This document shows positions 42,572 through 55,156 of a stretch of DNA of 64,000 bases, piece by piece (positions within the stretch are counted from its first letter, which is position 1; the number at the start of each line of letters is the position of its first letter). Position numbers and translations under genes: made by a program. The DNA is from Lingula anatina (Eukaryota > Animalia > Brachiopoda), in assembly GCA_051362555.1 (NCBI GenBank), contig CM120641.1, forward strand, positions 34,106,401-34,170,400, read 5' to 3'. Under the pieces are notes generated by a model, which ran no database searches, was not told the origin of the DNA, and worked only from the letters and a program-made list of their open reading frames with translations.

Positions 42572-44815
42572 ATGGAACTCCAAAGTCAAGTGGTAAGTTT
42601 CCTTTTTGTTTACGTAACTTATTATATTACTGTACGAGCATATATCCATAATTATTTAGCATAACTGTGCCAAACTGCATACCTGTATAAATGTTCTGCA
42701 TGTACCCTGAGCAATATGATTCTATTGAATGCTAATATACGCCCCAACCTGTAGTCCTCGGCTGTCGTGGACTGAATATAAACACAATAAAGGAGTAACA
42801 TGTACTCGATCTTAGTCGTTTACATTTCATATTTGGTATTTTCACTCAATCTTACTTCTATTTCTAAAGGAGCTGATGATACACGACTTTCTAGCGTGGT
42901 TAACGGAGATATCCGACTCCAACTTTCTGGAGTCTAAAGGCCCGAGTCTTCAACTCCTCAACACCTACGTCTATTATTACAAGGAAGATATAACCCAGTT
43001 TGCAGTATTTATCAAAAAGAGCAAAGAACTGATGTATACTCTTCACCAACAAGTGAGTATTATCAAAGCCTTTGTACGAAAACAGTGTTTATCACACGTA
43101 GGCCTATGTAACATATAATGAGTGACACTCTAGTTTCATTAAATTATTTTACACCGGTTTGCTCGAAATTAAGTTTGTAAACTGTTTATAACCTGCATGA
43201 TATATATTCATGTTAAACGTTTTTGTCCCCTATAATCTTTTGTTTAATATTTGGTATAAATATTACTTTTAATGATACTTTAACACTGATGAAAAAAGGC
43301 GTTTTCACGTTATTTGTGTAGGTGATTTCATTCATTTCAATGGTTATTTTTCCTCCATATTTTAAGCACTGCTGTGTTTTGACTGTTATCTAAAGTCGAG
43401 TCAGTGTGTCAATATTTTCATATTTTTATCAGGGTTTTCCCCTCACAGTGAATGGTAAACAGGTCGTACACTTCTGTGAACCCAAGGAACAACTGGGCGA
43501 AGGAGAAATGTACTTTCAGGTAATTTAAGTCTCTCTTTTGATTTAAAATATTTATTATATATTTCCATATATTACAATGTTGCTTAAAAAAAAGGGTGAA
43601 ATCAGTTGACCCTTCTCCATATTAGTTTAGTGTAGACACGTGTTCGGGGTTACCGGTGATTCACGTCCCTTACTCACTGAAAGACGAATAGAGGAAAAAC
43701 CCATTTCCCAGGTAGAAAATCTTAGGTACGATAAAAATAGGTCCGAGTTGCAACCGTATGTTTAGACATGTAAGTTAACAGGGCAAATATGATATACATA
43801 TATAAAATGAAAATATAATATATATAATAATTTTCTAATGTAGTCCTATCTATTGATTTTAATGAAGGTTGGTCGAACTTCCCCTGGCACTTTGGCCTTA
43901 AAATTTGCTAAGAGAAACTCCGAAGAAGCAAGTCCACAGGTATCCACTATTGAAGCCAAAGACTTCGCCAGGGCGTTTTCCGAGGATTATTTCGAAGAAC
44001 TGAGGACAATAGGCCGGCAAAGTGGATCACCGATTGCCGACGGTCTTTTTCAAGAATGCATTGTGACAGATGTGAAACACAGCATTGTAACATACGTCGG
44101 TGTGGAACAACTAACACAGCGCCCACAGGTAGTGTATTTATTTTAATCTTAGAGACTCAGGTCAGAAACAGGTATTTTGGATTAAAACCGTTTTATTGAA
44201 TGGGTTGATAACAGGCCTTATTTATGCAAAGATATAATAAAGCCCCCCCCCCCCCCCAAAAAAAAAAAATGATAAGCATTATTTATACGCAAAATGCGCA
44301 CCATAATTAATGCACAGAGAGAGTCGCCCCACCTCTTAGTCCTATTACTGGTCGTGCCTACCACCTAACCATTTCTTATTATTTATTTGTAGGCATGTCC
44401 AGTGATGGAGGATATATCAACACCCGAGAAAACGGACATGGAAGAACTTCACTACGATTTCGAGATGCACTGTGTTCAAGAGTCTTGTGATGAGAAATGC
44501 ACTGATGCCAATGGCGTGGAGGAGCTTTGTTGTCAATGTATAGAACTTTCAGAAGAAACCGCTAAGCGTGACGGCTTCTTTGCAAAATATGACTTTCAAC
44601 GGAGTCAAAGTTCTTCCAGAACAACAACCCGGGAAGGAACATTTTTAAATAACCGCGTCGACCCTGTTGAAATATCTTCATCACGAGAAAACCAAGATTT
44701 GTCTAGCACGACTTCAGGATTAACACAAATACGGAACGACATAAGATTCACGTCTTCCAATAACCAACCCTACCCATCAACCCGAGAGGCCCTTAGAAGC
44801 CTGTCTGGAAAATAA
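42572..44815 (+). CDS. Uncharacterised protein, gene B (~324 aa), paralog of gene A; exons 42572-42592, 42870-43052, 43433-43519, 43868-44128, 44393-44815
   Basis: All phase-0 GT-AG junctions, 975 nt in frame. The 87-nt exon GFPLTVNGKQVVHFCEPKEQLGEGEMYFQ matches the 87-nt exon of gene A. The first exon (MELQSQV) is less certain. Confidence 0.8.
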
Positions 44816-46264
44816 TGCTGGTTTCAACTTCTTTCGAAAGAGACAAAAAATTTAAAAGATATAAAGATCTGAATGACAAAATAATGACAAAGCAGGAAAG
44901 CATATGATTAATGGCTACTGTACGTAAATTTACTCCTATAGGTGTGAAGGGCAACAGTGAATGTTGGTTAGGAGTTATATAAATTATTATAATGCATATA
45001 TGTAATCATAAGTTAGTCTGACTACATGCTGATTATCAAAAGATTAAAAGTCAAAGCTCGAAATGTGAAAAATTGAAATAATGTCAAACGCCTAAATCCG
45101 AAGATACAATAAAGGAAGAAAAAATATTACTACAATTACCAAGGTCATGATATTTTGCACAACGCCCAGTGTTTTCCAATTGTCTAATACCTCATGTATT
45201 AGTAGACTCAAACTATGTCAAGTAGAGACAGAAAGAGAAAGCGAGTAACAAAATTACACTGTAAACATTAATAGCCTATACATTTGTAGTGCATGTAGAA
45301 TGGGCATAATGGTTGCATGCGGAATAGTTATCTTTAACAGTATATTTTCAATGAAAGGCCTATGTTTTTACACTGCAACACTTAAGTGAGAAAAAAATCA
45401 AAATTAATTGTGTTCATATGGCCAATTGTTACTCCCGTTTTCATTGAATTAACGTCTTGATAGTATGAATTATCAAAATACATATGGTTGATATTACGGT
45501 ATATTTTTATAGTCCATTATTATTAATAAAACGTATTTAATATGATTTTCTTTGTTACACTTCTGTGATTTAAACTGATGTCCGAACATTTTTTTATCTT
45601 ATCATAGACGATATGATTTTATAAATATGAAATAGGAATATTATTCAAAATTAGATTAATCTACTGATAAATTCAAATGCAAAGACATAATAAATTTAAT
45701 AAAAATGAATAATGGCACAGTGAATTAGATACTTTACAAAACGATTCCAAGAAATACAAATTATCACAGTTTCACACGATGACTCTAATCTTATACCACG
45801 TTATTCAGTAGTCAAATGACACTCAGCAAAGAGACCGAAAAAACTCGTCACTCAGAATGTTAAACTTAATACCGTGTCCATAAAGCCACTAAGTGCAAGT
45901 GTCATCAAAACTTGCAAGAACACAAAAAATTATTCCTTGAAACGAAGTTTGATGTTCAACATTCATTTAGTGGGTCCACGCCGAACACCTGTTGTCATAT
46001 TCTCAGTTGCAATGCAAAGAAATAAAATTAAAGAGGGATTAATAAACTATCCTCTTCTTGAATATCGAATACACATTTTTTTCTTCATCCTGTGCGGCTA
46101 CACGGCTTTTCCTTCATTAAACGTCCACGGACCAGGGCCCCGTAACTCGTATGTGATATCGCTATTCGCAATGCGCGATGTTTTCGAGTTACGGGCCCAG
46201 TTTTACGAATTGGAGTTCATAAATTGTTTAATCCTATCTTCCAGTTGCTTTGCTTCCAGTTGTT

Positions 46265-48064
46265 TTACGAGTTGGAGTTCATGAATTGTTTAATCCTATC
46301 TTCCAGTTGCTTTTGTTTCTGTTTCTCTTCTTGCACACGCCTTTCTATTTTATTCAACGTGGTGTTTCCGCTTTCTACACCAGGGGGGTACGGTGCTGTC
46401 AAGACGTCCGGACTTGATGTGTGCAACTCTCGCAGTTTGGTGACGCTCCTCGGTGTAAGTGGAGCAACCGGGGAACGCGGGGTGCGGGGGGAGTGAATGT
46501 CAGGTAAACTTTCCTGAAGTTTAACATCCGGAGCTTCACAGCCCGTGTTTAGTTCTATACTCTGCCGCATGTTCTTCGGCAAGCCCACACGCAGCCCACC
46601 AGTGCCTGAACTTAGCAGATATGTCCGATGATCCTTCTTTTTATCAAAATCGAATTTTACAACTGGGATGTCATCTGGGGGATCAGGTGTCAAGGGCCTT
46701 GTTTTCTTTTGTACTCTTGCTTTTAAGGACGCGACAAACTGCACTGCCATCATTGGGTCGGCGATAGAATATGAACGATTTCGTTTTCGAACTGGTTCTC
46801 TTGGCTGACATTCGCGAATCGCTTCGTTATCGGAAAAGGGCTCAAGGTTCTCTTGAGATGGCAATTCTTCTTCTTCGGGAATAGTGATATCTATGTCGAC
46901 AAGTGATTTCTCCGAAGACGAACGCCTGCGTTGCAACAAAATCTGAGGTAAATTGCTGCGCTTTTCTAAAAGCTTCCCGCCAGTATAGCTTGCTAAAGCC
47001 GAGAGATCCACAGAATTACTCCGTCCTCGCCGTAGTCTTGGGGGCGGGGGAGGATCTACGCTAGTATCGGAAGCGCCGCTGTCAGAAACGTCCGTGCTTC
47101 TTTTCACTTTCTCTTTGAATTCCTCCATTTCTTTATCAAAAGCTTCATTTTCGTAATTTGATTCTTTGAAATCAGGAATTTCTTTGCCAGAGTTTGTGCG
47201 ATCTTTGGCTTTAGCACTCGAGCCATTTTTCCTTTTTTGAGGGGCATCCGACGCCTCAGCACAAGCGAGGGCTCGTCGCCTAGGCTTTCGTCTCACCTTC
47301 GAAGTGACTGGATCCATTTTCTCGTCTTCGGTCTCCGAATGGTCGCCCTGCGTATTTTGATTATCGTTTTTTCGTGGATCCGAATCTACCTGATCCTCAA
47401 ACGTATTTTCGGGGCTGCTCGCATCCGTTTCTACTGTGTCTGAATTTTTCAGCTTATCATTTACATATATTTCTGATGAAGAAGTATTGTCATCCAAGTT
47501 AGAGATATCGTGCTTTTTATGGTGCGTCATTAATTTTTGTCGCCTGTTGCGTCGTGTAGGTAAAGGAGAGTGGGCTTCGTTATCGGCATCGTAATTTTCC
47601 TGGGAGTTCCCGACCGAGAGGGCAGCCTGATTCTTATTTGGCACTAGTTTTGTGATAAACGTTTCGTCTGGCTTTGTGTCATCCTGGTGTGTATTTTTCA
47701 CAGTGCGCGTGATGTCAATAGGGGTGCCTAGTCTTGGACTTATTGGCGGTTTTCCTGGATAGAAGCCAGTCGTGTCGTCCAGGTGACTCACAGCGATGGA
47801 GTGCCTCCTTCCTGCCCCCCTTGAAGCCCCCGTTGGTGCTAGAGAGTTCAAACTTGCCAATTGTTTTCTCATGTTTCTTTCTTCGACACTAAGACCCTTT
47901 AAAGTTCTTTTATACTCCCTTTCAACTTCCTTTGTCACTCTCTCTTGCTGTCTCTCTGCCAAATGGTGTTGCTGCACCATTCGTTTCAGGTTGTCGGGTC
48001 GCCCTAAGAATTTGTCCGCTAGAGACTTCATACTGGCGTTTCCGGGGTCGTCCTTTTTCCCCAT
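46265..48064 (-). CDS. Uncharacterised 599-aa protein, single coding exon; predicted coiled coils at both ends and a disordered middle
   Basis: 1.8 kb open frame in AT-rich DNA. Upstream acceptor near 48143 and candidate donor near 50068 suggest a non-coding first exon. Many RRxS/RxRxxS motifs. Confidence 0.85.
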   Translation of the reverse strand: MGKKDDPGNASMKSLADKFLGRPDNLKRMVQQHHLAERQQERVTKEVEREYKRTLKGLSVEERNMRKQLASLNSLAPTGASRGAGRRHSIAVSHLDDTTGFYPGKPPISPRLGTPIDITRTVKNTHQDDTKPDETFITKLVPNKNQAALSVGNSQENYDADNEAHSPLPTRRNRRQKLMTHHKKHDISNLDDNTSSSEIYVNDKLKNSDTVETDASSPENTFEDQVDSDPRKNDNQNTQGDHSETEDEKMDPVTSKVRRKPRRRALACAEASDAPQKRKNGSSAKAKDRTNSGKEIPDFKESNYENEAFDKEMEEFKEKVKRSTDVSDSGASDTSVDPPPPPRLRRGRSNSVDLSALASYTGGKLLEKRSNLPQILLQRRRSSSEKSLVDIDITIPEEEELPSQENLEPFSDNEAIRECQPREPVRKRNRSYSIADPMMAVQFVASLKARVQKKTRPLTPDPPDDIPVVKFDFDKKKDHRTYLLSSGTGGLRVGLPKNMRQSIELNTGCEAPDVKLQESLPDIHSPRTPRSPVAPLTPRSVTKLRELHTSSPDVLTAPYPPGVESGNTTLNKIERRVQEEKQKQKQLEDRIKQFMNSNS

Positions 48065-50950
48065 CTTGCAATGTGATGTCTTGTGATAGCAAACTTCTGG
48101 TTTTCTCTTTAAATTGTCCTACTGCTGTCTGTCTCGTCAGCGCCTGTAATTGTTGGCGGAATTACATTTTGGTTATTTGGACATTTAATACAAAAAATGT
48201 CAAGTATACATTAAAAAACTCGCCATGTTTTGGACCTCTAAGAGCGTGCCCTGCCACGTGTGGTTGCAACGAGCGAATGTCGTATTTCCCTTTTGTTTCA
48301 ACTCTAGCAGCTGGTTTTAAAGCTTGACCACTCTGAAAGGGTTGAGCAGGTGCGCGCTGACCATAGGTCAATGGCGTCCAAGATCCTAGACCCTGGTTCA
48401 GGACATTTATGAACTGCAACTTCGTATCAATCTAAGGCCTTAAATCAAAACAACTTAAACGTGACTAATATGCTTTATGCATTTCGATTCATTATACAAA
48501 ACTGACCCCAAAAAACACAATCTTCGCTCACGTTCCTAAATGAAAGGCATATTTGTTTTCGGCGGAATTGAGGTTTGTTAAAGTTTAATAATAAGTTTAC
48601 TTTGCGTAACTGTATAAATTGCCGGGTTTGTCTCATTCGAATACAAAATGCGCGGATAAATATTATTCACTGAACCTAGACAACGAATAAATGAGGTCCC
48701 GAATTCAGACCCACTTATTGTTGAATAAGCGAACGTAAATAATTACCACAATTTTCCTTAGAATGTGCATAGTTACATTGAACAATGTGCACTATTGAAT
48801 ATTGATGACTTTGGTTATATTGAATAAGTTAAATTTAGACATATAGCCAACCAACCTGTTGTAATGTTTAACATTAAATATATAGTTTTTATTACAAAAA
48901 CCAGTTCATATTATGAATAAAATGTATTGGATTTTGAACAAAAAAATCCAATGAATGGTGGTCCCTATTTTGGAAACATGGGTTACAGGGCTATTTAAAA
49001 TATAAAACCACAGAAATGAAACATTTCAGCAGCTCGAGCAATGCTTATGAATGATTATGAAATGTAGTCGTTTGTTTTCTTCGGCGAACTAATTTTAATC
49101 AGTTGATTTAATACAGCAAGGCTTACAATTGTCGAAATATATGAATTTGTATGTGAAATATAAAAATCTTGATATATTGATAGATAATTACTTTGATGAA
49201 TATCTCAAGTACAAGTTTAAATTGACGACTCTGCGGATGCTGATTTCAGCGCCTTTTATATAAGTTACGTTCGTTTACGGACTCGATGCAACCAAGAATA
49301 ATAATCACCAATCGAATAACACCATTGAAAAATCAAAATAATGAACTGGTTATGCAGTTTTGAAATGCTGAGTTATGCTTACTAAAGCACAAGATCATCC
49401 AGCTCTGTTCTGGAAGTACACGGCCAGTGCACACAATCAATTGGCCAGTTGGTGATTTTTGTGCTCAAGAACGAAACATTCCGGTACAACAGACAACCTT
49501 CGGGTAAGGGAGAAAAAGGGCACCACCTGCGCCCCGATTTCTGACCAAAAGGGTTAATCGCAAGCATGATATTCTTGCATCTTTTTCCTTAATGAACATA
49601 CATTTTTATCGCATTTTTATAGTTTTCTTTTCATGCCAACTTCATTTTACACAAACTGTTTTTTTAAACAATTTTTTAAAGCTCTATTCGTTCGATGGGA
49701 AAGGAATTCATTAGCATTTCTTTCTTCGCGTACAATCATTTTGACACCTTTTTATTTATTTATTTTTTTTTTGACCTTGTAAGAGTTTAAATATTGCAGA
49801 TTCAAGGTGATCAATAGCAAATCTTTTTCAATTCAGGCACAAATGTTATCCGCTTTGCCTTAAAATTATACTCTCAAGCAACAACCTCATTGAAACAGTT
49901 TTTAGGCAGAATTTATTCTCGTGCAAAATTTTTGTTTGAGTTTTGGTCTTTAATTAATGGGCCAGAATCGAATGTTAAATTGCAGTGTAAAAGTCTCCGA
50001 TACAAAGAAACTTCAATTAATATAAAATGATGTTAATTCCAAGTTACCATTATAAAATGCAGTCTTACCTTGTACATAGCTTCCGAGACTACACTGTATG
50101 AGTGCTACTCGTGATATAGTAAGAGAGCTTCATTGACAAGGTCACTCATCTTTATTGCATACCAGAATCAATAATCTCAAGATGCCACGTATTACATATT
50201 TGTCAGCTTTCCCCCATGAGGGAGAATTTCATCATTGTGCTCGTTCAGGCTCAACTAAAACAATTGTTTGCCCATAGCGACAGGAACTTGTTTGCAAATG
50301 TACTGGTATAACGGGTTTTAGAGTCTTTCAAATAGAATCAGTGCCTTTTGATATATCGTTCCTCTGATTATAGGACTTTCAGAAAAGATTGTACGTTAAT
50401 CAAATGAAACATGACGATTTATTCTACAGAGAAAATGTGTATTGAAGAAAACGCAAGGTACATTTATACTAAGAGACAGGAATTGGAATAACCATAATAG
50501 TCATAATAGGATAAACTCTAAAATCAATGACTGGGTCCTTGTCAGGATGCTAGCAAAAGCCATTGTCAGAGTGAAAGCCAAGTCAAAATTTTCCACCTAA
50601 AACAAAGAAAAACAGACTTTTTTCTGCTATTCTTTCCAACTATTTGATGTTATGTTTGTTATGGGACCGCAGCATCTGGCGGATTGAGGTCAAGATAAAA
50701 GGCCAGACGATATGAAAGTCATACCATGTTGTTAACAGCACGTACATCAGTCTGTTAACCTTATGCAACTAGCCCGCGAACGTCAGAAAGTATTTGTATA
50801 CAATTTATACAAGCGTTTGCTATCTTTCTTGGCTCTACTGTACTGATAGAGTGAAATATGGCTCTGTGGAGAACAACCTCAAACTCTCAGCCCAGTGTTG
50901 TTCACTCTAGCAGATCCAGGTTACAATATCGGCAGTTTATTGGTAAAGGC

Positions 50951-50954
<4 letters not shown>

Positions 50955-50989
<35 letters not shown>

Positions 50990-50999
50990 GTAATACCCT

Positions 51000-51051
<52 letters not shown>

Positions 51052-51068
51052 GTGTGTGAGTGTGTGTG
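50955..51068. repeat. (CT)n/(GT)n microsatellite
   Basis: Direct reading. Confidence 0.95.
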
Positions 51069-53183
51069 CGCGCGTTTACATCATGAAACATAAGTAAGCT
51101 CAATTACTGAATGGCAGCCTTGGTTAAAAATACAAGTCTTGATACTTTAGCTCAGATTACACCTCACTTATCACTGGCAATCCAGGGGGAATTCACGCTG
51201 TTGATTTGTCTCCAAACGATGCATTTGTTCAGCATTGCGAGTATAATGTAATGTAGAATGAAAGCTTTTAATGTCATTTAGAATAATCCACGGTAATTGA
51301 ACTGTGTTTATGAAGGTAGACAGATTCAGTGCATCTCATCTCATCCATTCTCAAATGTAGGTGACTGGATGGAGAGAGATCCACATGTCTCAGCTAGATA
51401 TAGCTCTGTGACATCGTTGACAGAGAAAAAAGCAATAAATATAGGCATATACCAAAGAATAACACATCTGACATTTCATTTTCATTTACATTATTTTTTT
51501 TCTCGATGAAGTCTGTTTAAGTAACTGCACTCAAAGGATAGTTTACACACAGCATCGAGGTCGCTGTGCACCGTGATCGACGAAAACATTTACTACAAAA
51601 CATGGTTTATTTCACTTATATCTTTATTCCTACAGTTTCAGATGACAAATATATCTGCTTTGAATTTTGGACCATAAAGGTGCAGAATAGAGAAAAAAAC
51701 GTTGGCACATTTTTTTCACACAAAGTGACGTCATTAGGACAGATCCGTGCTCGTTTAATGTAGAAAAGGGAGTCGACCTGCAGAAACAACTGGACACAGG
51801 ATGTATGTTACATAGCAGACTATTTTAGATGACCTCAGTCCGCCTTAAAGTTAACACAAGCTTGCCCTTAGTTTCCAGCTCAGCTGTCGATATATTGCGG
51901 GCCACTATTACTGGGAGACAGATGTGAATAACGAGGTCTACACGTCTGATATTCCAACTGAATAGAAAATAAGGATGGTTAAGTCAAACTCCTATAAGTT
52001 AGGAAATATCAAGAACAGATCAACGCATTAATATTATTGTCTTACGTTCATAATGCAATCAGATTTAACTTGCCGTTGGAATAGCGTCAAAGTGCATTAC
52101 TACATACGGTAAGCCCGTGTCAGCGTGTGCATGGGTTGCTAATACAGTCCAACGTCTGCTTGGAGCTAGACTAATCCAATTTTGTTGCAACATGGGAGTG
52201 ATCTAATGTCAATGCACATTATCACACAAACGGAAACTGTTTTAGATTCTGATATCCCGTGTATACATATCATAGCCGGTATATTTCAACGTGAAAAATC
52301 AATATGTGTAAATAGTGAAGCTTGCTACTCATAATTATTTCCCAAAGTAAGACTTTTTAAGGGAGCAAAGCCCATTAGATGAAGTAAAGCCAATCTTAAG
52401 CGTTAACAATTTGAATGCTAAATTCTTGTGAGAGATGTAGACGGTTATCGAATCAGCTTCATTCTTAGCAAATGCTCTTTAAATTTTAAGTCCCCGAAAG
52501 AGCAATAAAATTCATTCATACAGGAGAATGAAAACCAGAATGTTTTTGAAATGGGTTCATAATAAAATGGTTCGGTGAATGCTGGAAGTCACATCGGCTC
52601 TGCTTGACATCTCCCGAAATCGAATGAGTGAACCGTTTCATATCTGACCTCATCATAGCATACAGACGTCATACAGTCAGAGGTCAGCCATATTAACAGA
52701 ACGTCATGAATGTTTGACTACCACCTTCATCAAACCAAGCCCAGATCCAGATCGGTCACTTTCAGTCTGCTTTTTCTATCTTTGTTCAAGATGAAACTAC
52801 ACAATGATGTACAGATATCTATAATCTCTAATTAAGCTATAAAATAATAATAAACCATAATTAATTGAGCAAATCAGACCCACATATCTGCCAATGAATT
52901 TCTAAGTTTGCTGCACGCGTTCAATTCACCGTTGGTCGAAATCTATGACGTCATCACACCAATTAACGGTGCATCAGTCATTGGGCTGCATGTTATAAGT
53001 ACCATCCACCACAAATCAGGCGGGAAATTATACCCATGCACTATTATATCAAAATGAAAAAAAATAAAAATAACTCATTCAACTGAATCTAAAATGAAAA
53101 TAGGTCTCTAATAAAATGACTATGCAATAATTATAGTTACGATACTATGCTTGTCTATGTTGTTCTGCTGTCCATGTCCGCCG

Positions 53184-55156
53184 CTAGAGGGGCATTGTGG
53201 AGTAATAGGTGAGGGACCGTTCCATGGCTTCCCCTGGAGTGAAGATAGGCCTATAGCCCAATACTTCCCGCGCCTGGGAACCGTTGTAAAAAGCAGTAGT
53301 GCAGCATAGCGCGACTTCTTCCTTGTTAACAAGCAGAGGAATCTTCACCAGAGGGGAGAGCAGCCAAATTAGTAACTCCATTAAGGCCCAGAAGTAGTAC
53401 ACCACTACGAAGGGGATTCTCACAGGTAAGAGCTCGATTTGCCTTGCTTCCAAGAAGGGTTTCATGAAGGTGAAATTGTCGCATATTGGAGTGTCGTCTG
53501 TAATAAGATAAGCCTTGCCGCATACGCCTGGGTCCTTACGTGTCATGGCCGCGAGGGCGACCACGTGGGCCCATGCGACGTTCCCCACGTAAACGCGTTG
53601 AATTTTGGCGTCCGCTGAGCCAAGAGCTGGGAGGTAACCGTAAAACAACTTACGCCCGGTACGTATAACGGTGGTGACATACATTGAATCTCCTTCGCCG
53701 TACAGACCGCAGGGCCGCAAGGAAACGGTGGCAAGCTTGTTCCCGTTTTGAAGCCGGTGGCCGTTGGCGAGGAGCACCATCTTTTCAGCCTCCTCCTTAC
53801 TTGTCGAGTACCCGTTCAGAATGATCTTGTTGTGCTTATGTTTGATCTTCTCGTCCACGTCGTCTTCGTTTGCATTGACAATCGGGTCGAAGGTTCTTCC
53901 CAGTTCTGAGCTGGACGTATAGATCAAGCGGTCGATGTTGTGTGCGACGCATGCTTTAATGATGTTGGCGGTCCCTGAGAAAATTGAATCACATCACTGT
54001 AAAACTGCTTTAATCGTGGAATCATTGTATCTCTACATCTTGCTTAATTTAGATAATCATACATGTAATCATAATCACGATGAACGATTTTAAAGAATAT
54101 AATGAGATGGAGTGAAAAAGGTGATATTTTCTTTAACATACATGAAATTGAAAATACATTAATATGATATTGTATACTTCACAGGCTGTGATGTTTAAGA
54201 TGCGGCATAAATTTATTTAATTTAGGTGACTTTAGTGAAAAAAATCCGTATATAGCCCTGTTCAAATACTATAACCTGCTTTTGTTTAAAATATGGCCAC
54301 ATGACAAAAAAACTGGTCAATTCGGTGCCCACTTTGCAAACCAGTTTTTATATATTTTTGTCCACACTTGTGGTTCAAAGAAGACTATCTCAAATACGGC
54401 ATTAGCCAAAAATATCAGAAGTAAAGTTGATTTATCCCGAAAAAGAGGATGCAAACGGATTACCTTGCACGTTAATTCTTTTCAACTTCTCTACATCTTG
54501 CCTGTGGCTGGTATCTATAAGGGAGGCGCAGTGGATCACCGCATTGACACCCTGGAACGATCTCTCTATGTCGCGTAGATTGGTGATATCTCCCTTGACG
54601 AACTTCAACTGTATTTTCGGATTTTCTGTGAAATTTAGAGGTGATATTATTACATGGCAGCTAAAGTTTGGTGAAATGTATTGTTTTTTGTACGTGTGCG
54701 TGTAAGTTTATATGAGAGCGAGACTGTGTGTTTGTGCGCGCGCGTGTACGTGTCGCGCGTCTTCATTTGTGCGTAAGCGTTATTTCTATATTACCACAGC
54801 ATTTCATAACTAGGTAGAAAAATGCAAAGTTTCCATTAATATGCATTTTAAACAAACGAAAAGAAAAGAAAAAGATGGTATCGCAAATATGAATTACCAT
54901 CATTAAACATGACAATTTCCTAACAGCACTCAACTACGTGCAAATTTTTCCGTCCGTCCGTCCGTAATAATTTACGTAAGATTCCCACCTACCAGTAAAG
55001 GAAAACGACTTCGGTCTATCTTGAATGTCTAGAACCCGTATTTCAGTAATTCCTTCACCCACTCTTTTCCAACAATAAATTGATAATGTGGCGACCAAGG
55101 AAACCGCATCCACCGAGGACAAGGACTACATCACTGTGAGCACCGTTGCTGAGCAT
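53184..55156 (-). CDS. 3-beta-hydroxysteroid dehydrogenase-like extended SDR (HSD3B/HSD3B7/SDR42E-like); exons 55156-54993, 54625-54464, 53974-53184; 1-nt frameshift in exon 1
   Basis: VLVLGGCGFLGRHII (Rossmann fold), EIRVLD, KGDITN, VIHCAS, INVQGTANII, LIYTSS, YSTSK (YxxxK), LRPCGLYGEGD, VYVGNVAWAH and a C-terminal hydrophobic segment. Confidence 0.9.

Noticed and set aside
55052-55060. In-frame TGA in the HSD gene as selenocysteine or readthrough
   Set aside because: The same frame hits another TGA a few codons later, and homology continues in a different frame.
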